Assembly: GCA_963716255.1 (NCBI GenBank)
Contig: OY970303.1
Coordinates: 2,784,001 to 2,848,000, forward strand
DNA length: 64,000 nucleotides
Direction: 5' to 3'
Source of the DNA: an uncultured Gemmatimonadales bacterium
GTDB taxonomy: Bacteria; Gemmatimonadota; Gemmatimonadetes; Longimicrobiales; Longimicrobiaceae
The notes under the pieces are model-generated. The model was not told where the DNA came from and made no database searches. It worked only from the letters and a program-made list of their open reading frames with translations. A program made the position numbers and the translations under genes. Position 1 is the stretch's first letter, and every line of letters begins with the position of its first letter. Shown here piece after piece: positions 51,697-61,371 of the stretch.

Positions 51697-52101
51697 TCAG
51701 AGGTTGACAAGCCGCTTGTTCCAAAGCGCGAGCACCACGTCCATCTGCTGGTTGTGCGTCTTCTCCGGGTCGGCTCCAATCTTCTTCATGACACGCCACC
51801 ATAGGTCGGCCGCGCCGACGCGAGCCAGAGCAGGGTCTGCAACGAGCAGGTGAACCGCAGCCCGGGCATATCCGCCGTTGAGGCTCGAATCGTTCTCGGC
51901 GCCCACCTCACCCTGCACGCCACGGATCAGTCCGGCGCGGCAGAGTCCGAGGAACGCGTGCTTCGGACAACTCTTACGCCTGGCCTGCTCCCGATCCGGA
52001 AACATTTCAGCCGCGACCGAGTCCCACGCCTGCTCGGGCGACCAGAAGCCGTTCTGTACCAGTCCCGCCGCCCGGACTGCGGTATCCCCGTACTTGCCCA
52101 T
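51697..52101 (-). CDS. Small hypothetical protein (DUF6979-like)
   Basis: MGKYG..A..A, KSCPKHAFLGLC..G, HN.QMDVVLALW; AAAGGAGG RBS; family name from recall. Confidence 0.7.
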   Translation of the reverse strand: MGKYGDTAVRAAGLVQNGFWSPEQAWDSVAAEMFPDREQARRKSCPKHAFLGLCRAGLIRGVQGEVGAENDSSLNGGYARAAVHLLVADPALARVGAADLWWRVMKKIGADPEKTHNQQMDVVLALWNKRLVNL

Positions 52102-52133
52102 GTGTTTACCTCCTTTGGATCGACGAACTCACC

Positions 52134-52195
52134 TCAGAAGCTCGGGCTGACGAACACAGAGCGGGCGAACAACCTCAGCAACCGCGCGCCACAGG
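52134..52195 (-). repeat. Degenerate copy of the 3' end of the M14 peptidase gene
   Basis: About 52/62 nt match to 53315-53375, including the stop codon. Confidence 0.8.
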
Positions 52196-52267
52196 CCCGG
52201 CTCCGCGTAGGCGTGCTGTCGCGGACAATCTCAACGGACGCGGCGGTGCACGGGAGGCGAGAACGCA

Positions 52268-53290
52268 TTACGCGCTCTCTTGCCCGCCCCGTTGCGAATT
52301 CACCCGCGCGGCCAGGAGCCCGGAGACGTGGGCGACGCCGGCCCGCGCGTGTCCGGCGTAGTCGTCTTCTCCGCATCTCTCGAACGCCTCCGCCGCGGCC
52401 CGGAACGCCTCGACGGCTTCCTCCAGCCGCTCCGTCCCGCTCTCCCGCTCCCCCAGCTTGAAGAGTGCTGTGCCGAGACGGTCCTGCGTCGCCGCCCAGT
52501 CGTCCGGCGTCCGCTCCCGCGTGAATTCCTCCAGGGCGGCCCGGTACGCTTCCACGGCTTCCGCCTGCCATCGCTCCCGGCCCGGCTGCCCACCCATCTC
52601 CAGGAAGGCGTCGCCGAGACGCGTCACGGTGGCGGCCCAGTCGAGCGGTGCCCGCTCCCGCGAGCGCTCCTCCAGGGCGGCCGCATAGGCGTCGGCGGCC
52701 GCCTCCATCCATTCCGTGCCGCCGCCCCGCTCGCCGATGCCGAGGAACGCGTTGCCCAGCTTGTGCACGATGGCGGCCCACTCCAGCGGCACCTGGTCCT
52801 GGGTGCGCTCCTCCAGGGCGGCCTGGTACGCCGCGACGGCCTCCACCATCCGCTCCGTCCGACCCTCCCGCTCCCCCAGCCGGAAGAGGGCGTTGCCCAG
52901 GTTGTCCTGGACCGTGGCCCATTCCCGCGGCGCTCCCTCCCGCGTGTATTCCTCCAGGGCGGCGCGGTACGCCTCCACCGCCTCTTCCAGGTGCTCCGTG
53001 CCGACCTCCCGCTCCGCCAGCCGGAACAGGGTGTTGCCCAGGTTGTTCCGGACCGCCGCCCAGCCGGACGGGTCCTCGTCCCGGGGCAGCAGCGCCGCGG
53101 CCTCCCGGTACACGGCGACCGCACTACGCAGGACGCCGGCGTCCCCCTGCTCCGCGCCCCGCGCCTGGAGCGCGTCCGCCTCCGCGAACAGGCGGGCGAA
53201 GCGCTCCTGGCGGCCGGAGGAGGCGCCGCCTTCCGGTTCCCGTGGCCCGGGGGCTCCCCCGGAGAGACCTGGCGGGATGGGCTCCGTCAT
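52268..53290 (-). CDS. Tetratricopeptide repeat protein
   Basis: Repeated WA.V.NNLG.ALF.LGERE.GTE.LEEAV.AYRAALEE.TRE. Confidence 0.9.
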   Translation of the reverse strand: MTEPIPPGLSGGAPGPREPEGGASSGRQERFARLFAEADALQARGAEQGDAGVLRSAVAVYREAAALLPRDEDPSGWAAVRNNLGNTLFRLAEREVGTEHLEEAVEAYRAALEEYTREGAPREWATVQDNLGNALFRLGEREGRTERMVEAVAAYQAALEERTQDQVPLEWAAIVHKLGNAFLGIGERGGGTEWMEAAADAYAAALEERSRERAPLDWAATVTRLGDAFLEMGGQPGRERWQAEAVEAYRAALEEFTRERTPDDWAATQDRLGTALFKLGERESGTERLEEAVEAFRAAAEAFERCGEDDYAGHARAGVAHVSGLLAARVNSQRGGQESA

Positions 53291-53314
53291 AACGCCTCCG
53301 CGTTGCAGGTGGGT

Positions 53315-55126
53315 TCAGAAGCTCGGGCCGAAGAACACCGAGTTGGCGAACAGCGGCAGCAGCCCGCGCCACAGGTCGCGGAAGTTGGGATCTCCCGCGA
53401 AGCCGATCACCCTCCCCCGCCCCACCCGCTCCGTCCACAGGTACGGCGTCCCCGCCAGCCGCGCCGGCACCTCCGGCCACAGGTACCCCGCCATGCGCAG
53501 CCGCGGCAGCGGCGCGTAGCGGACGACGGCCTCCCCCGGCCGCAGGTCCCGCGGCACCGCGTAGACGCGGTCCGAGAACACCAGCACCGGCAATTCCGCA
53601 GCGTTCACCCCGGCCAGCAGCGGCGACAGCGTGTCCGCCACCGCCCGGACGATCGCCCCCGGCACGTCCGCCGGGAGCGGCGCGCCCTGCGCGCTGTCCG
53701 CGCGGGCGGAGTCGCGGCGCGCGCGGAAGCGCGACAGCCCCGTGCGCTCCGAGGCCAGCCACCCCGTGGCCGCGTCCAGCGTCACCAGCACCCCGCCCGC
53801 CCGCACCCACTGCCCGATCCGCTCCCGCCCGGCGTCGCCCAGCGCCCGGTCCAGCCCCGCCGCCTGGACGGACGGCACCACCAGCACGTCGAAGTCGTCC
53901 AGCGCGGCGCCCGCGAGCCCCGACACGTCCACCGGCGTCACGGGGTAGCGCAGCCGCTGGTCGAAGGCGTACCAGGCGAACCCGAAGGAGTTGCCCCCCA
54001 CCGGCGTCCCCCCGGCGAGCGCCACCCGCGGCGTGCGCAGCGGGAACACGCTGTTGCTCCCCAGGTCCGTCCCCTCCTCCACCGCCGCCGACTGGACCGC
54101 CGCCACCCGCGCTCCGGCCTCCGCCGCGTGCCGCCGCACCCGCTCGTGCACGTCCGCGCGGTTGCCCGCCACCCGCGCCAGCAGCGCCCCATGGGGGAAG
54201 CGCTCGCCCCCGGCCGTGAACGGCCGCGGCGCGTACCACACGCGCACGCTGTCCGCCAGCAGTGCCGCCAGCAGGCGGTACGACGCCTCGCTCCCCACCT
54301 CCCAGGCGTAGGCGTGGCGCGCCGTGGCGGGCGCCGCGGGCGCGCCCGCGGCCGGCGCGGTCGCGGCGTCCACCCCGCCGGGCACCGCGCGCAGCCCCCA
54401 GGCGCGCACCCGGAACGTGTAGGGCAGCGACCAGGCCGTCACGTCGTAGAAGCGGTCCGCCTGCCCCGTGCGGCGGCTCTCCAGCTCGGCGCGGATGAAC
54501 GCCGAGTCCAGCTGCGCGTCCGGCTCCAGCAGCGCGCGGGCGAGCCGCCCCTGCGGCTGCGCCAGGTCCACCACGTACGCCCCGGCCGGCAGCCGCGCGG
54601 TCCCGGCGCGCTCCTGCCCGTACTCGGTGGCGGACACGCTCGCCGCCGCGCGCAGCCGCCCCACCGCGATGCCGTTCTCCGCCAGCCGCCGCGCCAGCGA
54701 GTCCGCGCGGCCCTGCGCGTCCGGCTCCCACGCGACCGCGCGCAGGCCGTTCCGCGCCGCGTCGGAGACGGCGGAGCGGCGGAACTCCACGTAGTCGCGC
54801 AGCCGCGCCGTGCGGCCCAGCGCCGTGGCGGCAAGCGTCGCCATGGACGCGGTGTAGTGGTGGTGCGCCGCCTCCCGCAGCGTGAGCACGGTGCCGTCGC
54901 TGCGGCGGATGGCGCCGCCCCCGCTGGAGGCCTGCTCGTAGGTCATCCCCACCGCGCCGATCAGCGACGGCCAGGACACCCCGTAGCCGGGGTAGAACTC
55001 GTCGTAGCCCTCGCGCCGGAAGTACGACCACCCCTCGCGGTCGAAGGCGGCGGCGTTGGCGGCGGCGAACACGTCCCACCCGCGCAGGATGCTGGGGTGC
55101 ACGTTCTTGTTCACCGGCTCCATGGG
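53315..55126 (-). pseudogene. C-terminal part of an M14-family zinc carboxypeptidase, 5' part displaced by the integrated element
   Basis: Begins mid-domain PMEPVNKN...YDEFYPGYG.SWP..GAVGMTYEQAS; no signal peptide or N-terminal Zn motifs; composition changes abruptly at 55127. Confidence 0.8.
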
Positions 55127-55249
55127 TTTTATCACGAACGCGGTTAGTGCCTCACCCAGTACGCATAGGCCCTGACCTGCAGCGCACTGTGCCTTCGTCG
55201 GAAGGCGAGGCCATGCCCCAGCCTACCCGAAATCAAGCGAGTAGAGATC

Positions 55250-57394
55250 ATGCTGGAAGAATTGCCAAGTCGCCCAGGTGACAACCCGGAAGAGGGCTAC
55301 CAGGAGCACACTCCGGAACCTGCAGAACGGGCGCAGCCGATTCGCGCGCCAGTTGGAGATCCGCTCCGCCCATACGTCCACCAGCACCGCATTCACTACG
55401 ACTTCCAGTTTGCAGCTGCGCTTGGGGAAGCATTTGCCGCTGAGGTCGCAGCCGCGTTCGCAGCGCACATCAGCAAGTATGCCAAGGCGACAGGAAGTAA
55501 GGCACGTAGCGCGCTGCGTGACCTGCTCCGTTGGATCGTCGAGCAGGAGGATACCCACCCCGATCTGGTCGCACAACTCCGGGCGGACCACACGAAAGTG
55601 TCATTCATGGCGTGGGAGGCGGTGCTCCATCGTTGGCGAGAGTGGTACCTCGCTACGGCTACCACGAGGCGCACGTCCCAAGGAAACCACATCAAGGCCG
55701 TGAACCTGGCCTGGTCGGGGTTACATGCGTTCGGTGTGGTACCCAAAGTTTCGCTCAAGACGCCGAAGCATTACCGGCGTACTGGACGGTCGAGGAAGAC
55801 TCTTGCCGAGGTGCCGGGGGGCAATTCTGCGGACACCGAAGCAGACGATATCGAGGGATTGCTGGCTCAGCTTCCGGCCGGCGAGCGCAACAATCCGCAG
55901 ACGAGAGACTTTCTCGCCGTCCTCGTGGAGGAGTTGGGCAGCGTGCCACACGAGCGCCAGGATCTCGCCCAAGAGATCATCGCCATCAACAGGCGCCGGC
56001 TCGACGCTCTGCGTGCCGCCGCAGAGCGCCACCTGATCCAGGCATACAATAAATTCTTGCACGGCGAACGGATGGTTCGCAGCAACCAGCACCGCTTCGC
56101 AGAAATCCGCAACGCCCTGCTGGTCCGGAGCAAGAGGGGTGGAACTGAGCGCATCAACCCTGGTCTGCAAGGGCGAGAGCGCAGGCAGTTGCTCCCCGAC
56201 TGCGACGACGACCAAAGTCTCGCCAACCTGCTCACCTTCCTTGACGTAGAGTTCGGAGGCTTCTTCCCGACCCAAGAAGCACCCGACTACAAGCAGGCCT
56301 ACGCGATCTACTGCCGCCGGTTCGGAGGGGTTGTGGAGGTCGAGTCGTACCTCCACGCCAACGCGGAGGCCGTAGTCGCGGCGCTCGTGATCATCCTCGT
56401 GGAGACGGGGCTCAACGTCACTCCTGGGCGCAAGCTGGAGGTAGACTGCATCACCGAGAGCGAAAGCAGTGGCTACAAGGACCTGCGCACCCGGAAACGG
56501 CGAGCGGGCAACCGGCAGATCGTTGCGCAAGTCCCGGTCAAAGACCCGGTGTGGAGCGTAACGGTTCCGCAGGCCGTGCGAATGGTGCAGGAGATGACCG
56601 CGCGTGCCCGACGCCAGGCGGACGCCCGCCTCGCGCGGCGTCTCTTCATCTATCGCTCACGTGGGACGGCGCGCTCGGCCGTGATCTCGTTGAAAGCACC
56701 CGCGATGCGATTCGTGTTCAACACGCTCAAGAGGCGGTCGCCGGAGCTGAGCCAGCACTACACGCTGGAAATGATCCGCCCCTCACTGCTCCTCTCCTCC
56801 GCCTACAAAACGCACGGCAACCTCGCCGTGGCGCAGGTGCTTGCCGACCACCAGAGCCAGCAGACGACGCGGGGCTACACGAACCGCTGGCCGATCCGGG
56901 TCGTCTACGAGAACCAGATCCGGAAGTTCCAGGAGCTGTTCCAGATCGTCGCCATCCATCACATCGCCGACGCCGCCAAGACGCTCGGCCTGACGTCGGA
57001 GCAGGCAGCCCGGCTCTTCAGTGATGCGCATCGGACAGGGCTGGGTGTCGGGTGCCTCGATCCCAGAGCGGGAATCCAGCCGGGGACTCGGCCCGGCCAG
57101 ACGTGCACCCGACAGGACGCCTGCGTCCAATGCCCGCAGCGGATCTTCGTCGCGACACCCGAGAACACGGCCGACCTGATCCTCTTCAACGACCACCTGG
57201 GGGCGAGCCGAGAGTCCCTGGAGGCGTGTCGGTCGGAGCGATGGGAGCGGTTCTGGCTCCCGTGGTACATCTTCACGCAGGTGGTGCTGGAGAAAATGGA
57301 ACGCGGTCCAGAGCGACTCATCCTGAAACAGGCGCGGGAGCTGGCAGACCAGCGGCTCGCGGCCGGTGCCGTCCATTTCCCGCCCCTCGCCTGA
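55250..57394 (+). CDS. Atypical tyrosine recombinase-family protein (714 aa)
   Basis: ETGLN (first Arg replaced), KRRA, EMIRPS (HxxR variant), LADHQSQQTTRGY (H...Y); C-terminal GCLDP..C....C..CP cluster. Confidence 0.7.
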   Translation: MLEELPSRPGDNPEEGYQEHTPEPAERAQPIRAPVGDPLRPYVHQHRIHYDFQFAAALGEAFAAEVAAAFAAHISKYAKATGSKARSALRDLLRWIVEQEDTHPDLVAQLRADHTKVSFMAWEAVLHRWREWYLATATTRRTSQGNHIKAVNLAWSGLHAFGVVPKVSLKTPKHYRRTGRSRKTLAEVPGGNSADTEADDIEGLLAQLPAGERNNPQTRDFLAVLVEELGSVPHERQDLAQEIIAINRRRLDALRAAAERHLIQAYNKFLHGERMVRSNQHRFAEIRNALLVRSKRGGTERINPGLQGRERRQLLPDCDDDQSLANLLTFLDVEFGGFFPTQEAPDYKQAYAIYCRRFGGVVEVESYLHANAEAVVAALVIILVETGLNVTPGRKLEVDCITESESSGYKDLRTRKRRAGNRQIVAQVPVKDPVWSVTVPQAVRMVQEMTARARRQADARLARRLFIYRSRGTARSAVISLKAPAMRFVFNTLKRRSPELSQHYTLEMIRPSLLLSSAYKTHGNLAVAQVLADHQSQQTTRGYTNRWPIRVVYENQIRKFQELFQIVAIHHIADAAKTLGLTSEQAARLFSDAHRTGLGVGCLDPRAGIQPGTRPGQTCTRQDACVQCPQRIFVATPENTADLILFNDHLGASRESLEACRSERWERFWLPWYIFTQVVLEKMERGPERLILKQARELADQRLAAGAVHFPPLA

Positions 57395-57406
57395 CCGGAG
57401 AGCCCC

Positions 57407-60016
57407 GTGTCCACAGAGCACCAGTTCGATGCGCCGGCTGCCACGGCTCCGTCCGGCAACGGCGAGCTTCAGGCACACCCGACATACCCGTGGCTTCTCA
57501 GCGGCTATGACGATCCGAGCTGGATTGTCACCGATCCCGGGCCAGGGCAGCGCCGGGAGATCCATTTCGACGCACTCTTCCACGACGGATCGCGGCTCAC
57601 TGATCCGCAGCATGCACACCTGCTGTCCACGATCCGCACGATCGTGGCGCAGATCCGTACGGGGCCCTTCGCCATCACCGACGATGCGGAAAAGCAGCGG
57701 AAGGTCGCCAACCATCTTTTCACCCTGACGAAGTGGATGCTCCTGAACCGGATCCACCGCTTCGACAGGCTCTGCCTGCGAGACTTCCTGGACTGGCGAG
57801 AGGCGGCCCTGTACGGCGCGGTCACGGTGCTCGATGCAGCTGCTCGGGTTCGTGCCGTTGCCCAGCGGTATCGGGAGGAAGGGCGGCTCCCGCCTCGCAC
57901 CGATAGCGCGGTGCGTCTGCTTGAACTCGACCGGGCGGCCATCGCGCGGGAGGCAGGTGTGGAAGGGAATCGGAGCCCGGAGGTCGCGTACGAGATCGAC
58001 CGGATCTCCCTGGAATGGGGGTTCTATCTCACCCCCTCGAGAGCTCGGCGCGCGGCACAAGCAGCCCCCGAGACGCGGAAGGTGTCCGCATCCAGCCTGC
58101 GATTCTCGATGGACTCCTGGCGCCTGCTGTGGGAGATGAGGCGCGTACTGCCCGACGACCATCTCACCTTCAACCCATTCGAGAGTCAGTCCGTCACGAA
58201 CATGGCGGGCGCGCTGGCGGAGGACACCGGGCGAACTCCGACCATTCCGGTCCGGCTGGCCATGTTCCTGATCGACCGCAGCATTCGGTGGGTCATGGAT
58301 TACGCGGAGGACCTGCTCCGCCTTCGTGAACAGATCCTGTCGGCGGACGTAGATCATGGCCCGCCCGGCGCCCTGGAGCAGCAAACGGCCGATAAGCTTC
58401 GGGCCTACCTCGAGGCTAATGAGTCCGCGGGGACGATACCGACGAGCCGCGGCAAGCTCGCTACAGCGAGAATCGCAGCCGAAATCGGTGTGCACCAGGC
58501 GACTCTCTTCAAGAATCCCATTACCCACGAGATGCTAGCGGCTCTCCAGCAGCGCCTGGGAATCACCCTGGCCGGGGACACGCGGAACGGGGCGGCAGGC
58601 ACACTCGATCCAGACGAGGGCATCACGATCCGGCAGGCATCCCGGGAGTCGGCACACACATACGGCTCGCTGCTTCGGAGGTATCGTTCAGGGATGCTTC
58701 ACACGACCGGCCGCAGCAAGGATGGGTACGTTCTGGTGCGTCGCGGCGACGTGCTCGCCCTGCCGGCGCCGAAGCGTCGGAAGGGCATCCAGCGGAGCCA
58801 GTCCTGCCAACGGCTCTGGCGCGAGTACCGGGAGATCCTTGGGGCATTCCGTCCGACGAGCGGGGGCCCGGGGCAGCCGTGGCCGCTGCATCCGAGGTTT
58901 CGGAGTTCAGGCGGTGGCTCCGTGGACGTGAACACGGCCATCAACGTCTTCCTCCCAGCGGCGTGCATGATTGTGATCTGCGCGTTTTCCGCACGGCGGC
59001 ACGAGGAGGTGACGCAGCTCCGCGCCAACGAGGATCCGGCGCACGACGTGATCACCGGGGAGGCCGGCGAGCGGTGGCTCACCGTTTGGATCGAGAAGAC
59101 CCTCCGGGAGTGGGATCGGGTTCCGGTCCCCGAAGTCGTCGTCAGGGCCGTCGAGGTCCTGAAGCGGTGGAGCGAGGGTGCACGCCGCACGACCGGAAAG
59201 CCTAACCTGTTCCAGTGGGAGAACTGGCGCGGCGAAGAGGCACATGGCTTCTACGCCGGTCCCGCCCTGGCAGCCTTCGGAAACTTCCTCCAGATGCCTG
59301 AGGACCCGGAGCATGGCCGGTGGGCCCTCGCGCCCCACCAGCTCCGGCGCTTCTTCGCCATCATGTACATGTGGCGCTACGAGTACGGCGAGCTTTCCGC
59401 GCTGTCTTGGATGCTGAGGCACTTCAACCTGGAAATGACCCGCCGCTACGCGACCGAGGCGGAGCGCGGCGCCATCTTCCGCGAGGTGCAGGAACACCAC
59501 AGCTACGAAGTGCTCCGGTCAATCGCCTCGGGGGACCGGCAGGCCGGCGGCGGATTCGTCAATCGCTTCACCGCCATGATGGAGCGCCAGACGGCGGCGA
59601 TGCGCCGGAACGTCGAGGTGGTGACGCCACAACGCCGGGACCGCAAGGTGAAGGAGTACGTACGCCGGACTGGGATCGTGCTGAAGCCGATGCCGTGGGG
59701 CTACTGCGCGTGCGGCGAGACGGCGGAGCAGACGGCGAAATCCAATTGCCGGCAGGGCCAGGACCCGAGCGAGGTGCGGGGCCCGGACCCGGGCCGGGCG
59801 AGACCGGCCGTGTGCGCCAACTGCCCGCACAACTGCACCGGTCCGGAGTTCAGCGCCTACTGGACGGGCGAGATCCAGCAGCTGGAGCAGGCCGCCGCCG
59901 ACCCGCACAACCCGCCGATCCTGCGCGAGTCCAGCCAGGAGCAGCTCGCGGTCGTGCGGCGGTATGCCGAGGAGGCCGTTTTCCGCGGGAGGAGCGACGA
60001 TGGCACGGCGCGGTGA
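57407..60016 (+). CDS. Large site-specific tyrosine integrase (869 aa) with internal HTH domains
   Basis: SARRHEE (R), IEKT (K), HQLRR, LRHFNLEMTRRY (H, Y); C-terminal GYCAC..C..CANCPHNC. Confidence 0.88.
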   Translation: MSTEHQFDAPAATAPSGNGELQAHPTYPWLLSGYDDPSWIVTDPGPGQRREIHFDALFHDGSRLTDPQHAHLLSTIRTIVAQIRTGPFAITDDAEKQRKVANHLFTLTKWMLLNRIHRFDRLCLRDFLDWREAALYGAVTVLDAAARVRAVAQRYREEGRLPPRTDSAVRLLELDRAAIAREAGVEGNRSPEVAYEIDRISLEWGFYLTPSRARRAAQAAPETRKVSASSLRFSMDSWRLLWEMRRVLPDDHLTFNPFESQSVTNMAGALAEDTGRTPTIPVRLAMFLIDRSIRWVMDYAEDLLRLREQILSADVDHGPPGALEQQTADKLRAYLEANESAGTIPTSRGKLATARIAAEIGVHQATLFKNPITHEMLAALQQRLGITLAGDTRNGAAGTLDPDEGITIRQASRESAHTYGSLLRRYRSGMLHTTGRSKDGYVLVRRGDVLALPAPKRRKGIQRSQSCQRLWREYREILGAFRPTSGGPGQPWPLHPRFRSSGGGSVDVNTAINVFLPAACMIVICAFSARRHEEVTQLRANEDPAHDVITGEAGERWLTVWIEKTLREWDRVPVPEVVVRAVEVLKRWSEGARRTTGKPNLFQWENWRGEEAHGFYAGPALAAFGNFLQMPEDPEHGRWALAPHQLRRFFAIMYMWRYEYGELSALSWMLRHFNLEMTRRYATEAERGAIFREVQEHHSYEVLRSIASGDRQAGGGFVNRFTAMMERQTAAMRRNVEVVTPQRRDRKVKEYVRRTGIVLKPMPWGYCACGETAEQTAKSNCRQGQDPSEVRGPDPGRARPAVCANCPHNCTGPEFSAYWTGEIQQLEQAAADPHNPPILRESSQEQLAVVRRYAEEAVFRGRSDDGTAR

Positions 60017-60521
60017 GAAGCCGCTGGTCGCTGACCGCCGCCAGAAAGAGGCCCGGCGAAAGATCCTCCACAAGGTCCGTGTGCTCCAGGAGTGGGCTCA
60101 GGACGGCGTGCCCGAAGGGGTCGCTCCACCCAGGTCGGAAGAGCAGTTCCGGGTGTGGGAGGATCCGGAGCGGGGGCTGGAGAAGATCGGGTCGAAGAGC
60201 ACGCTGAACCGCCCGGAGAACCTCGACCTCAAGGAGGAGGCGAACCGGCTCGTCGCCGCGCTCCGCGACGGGCACCGCCGGGGCGAGAGGCGGGGCGAGG
60301 CTCGCAGGACTCAACTGGACCGGCTGAGGGAGGAAATCAGGGAGCTGAGGCTCCAGGTCAGCCGTCTGGCGAGCCAGTACAGCAGCGAGAGGGACAAAGC
60401 GCTGCGTGCCCAGGCGAAGCTGGCGAGCGCCGACCGCCGGATCGACGAGCTGATGAACGACCGGTCGGACCTGATCCAGCAGGTGAGCGAATTGCGCACG
60501 ATCCCCAGGATCATCCTATGA
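60000..60521 (+). CDS. Small protein with C-terminal coiled coil (TnpC-like accessory)
   Basis: GGAGGAG RBS before ATG 60000; overlaps the integrase end; heptad-rich LREEIRELRLQVSRLASQY. Confidence 0.75.
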   Translation: MARRGEKPLVADRRQKEARRKILHKVRVLQEWAQDGVPEGVAPPRSEEQFRVWEDPERGLEKIGSKSTLNRPENLDLKEEANRLVAALRDGHRRGERRGEARRTQLDRLREEIRELRLQVSRLASQYSSERDKALRAQAKLASADRRIDELMNDRSDLIQQVSELRTIPRIIL

Positions 60522-60943
60522 CCCACATGGAAGAGACCGCCGTCTCGAAGCAGGAGCAAGGCTCCCTCAACGCCGCCCGGCTCCAGGAGTACCTCGCGCA
60601 TCACGAGCCGGCCGGCACGCTCCCGATGCACAACGGGCGCGTCAACAAGTCGCGGATCGCCGACGATCTCGGCTTCGCGCGAAGCGTCTGGACCCAGAAC
60701 CCGGCCTGCAGGGCAGTCATGGCGGCTCTCGAGGAACGGCTGGGGAGCAGCCCGCCGGAGGCGTCGGGCCGACCGCACGGCGGCAGTGCCGACCGGCGGG
60801 TCCGGGAGCTGGAGCAGCGCGTGAACCGGCTGGAGGCCCGGGCCGCCACGCTCCAGGCCGAGAACGCGGAACTGCGTGAGAAGCTCCGCATGCTCGGCTG
60901 GGTGGACGAAAACCTCCCCGCCACGGGCCGGCTCCCATGGTGA
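60518..60943 (+). CDS. Small HTH plus coiled-coil protein (recalls the VPA1267 family)
   Basis: ATGA overlap; GRVNKSRIADDLGFARSVWTQNP HTH, then ELEQRVNRLEARAATLQAENAELREKL. Confidence 0.8.
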   Translation: MTHMEETAVSKQEQGSLNAARLQEYLAHHEPAGTLPMHNGRVNKSRIADDLGFARSVWTQNPACRAVMAALEERLGSSPPEASGRPHGGSADRRVRELEQRVNRLEARAATLQAENAELREKLRMLGWVDENLPATGRLPW

Positions 60944-61371
60944 CCGCGGCGGAGCGGCAGGCTCGGGTACAGGTCCACCGGATCCGCTTCTCCGGGAACG
61001 GCACGATCTTCACCGGACGGGTGGTGCGCGAAGACGGGAGCGAAACCGGCGAGGGGCTGGTCTGCGTGCTCCCGCGCCAGCTCCTCCCCGCGGGCGCCGC
61101 GGTGCGGGTGGGCGACGTGTGGGAGATCGGCGGCCGCCTGGAGACCTACCGGGGAGAGCCACAGATCCGGTGCACGCGGGCCGCCCTGAGCCGGCCCAGC
61201 GGGGCGAACTTCGTCAGGGTCCTCAGCACCGGCGCAAGGTTCGGTGGGATCGGCCCTGTCCTCGCCAAGCAGCTCTGGGCCCGCTTCGGGGATGAGGTCT
61301 TCGCGATCCTGGAGCAGGGGGACTCGGAGCGTCTGAAGGAGGTGCTCCCGCCCGCGGCCGCGCAGAACCTA

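Noticed and set aside
55250..60943. Classical RIT element or prophage
   Set aside because: Only two recombinase-like genes, both far larger than RIT recombinases; no phage structural or replication genes in view
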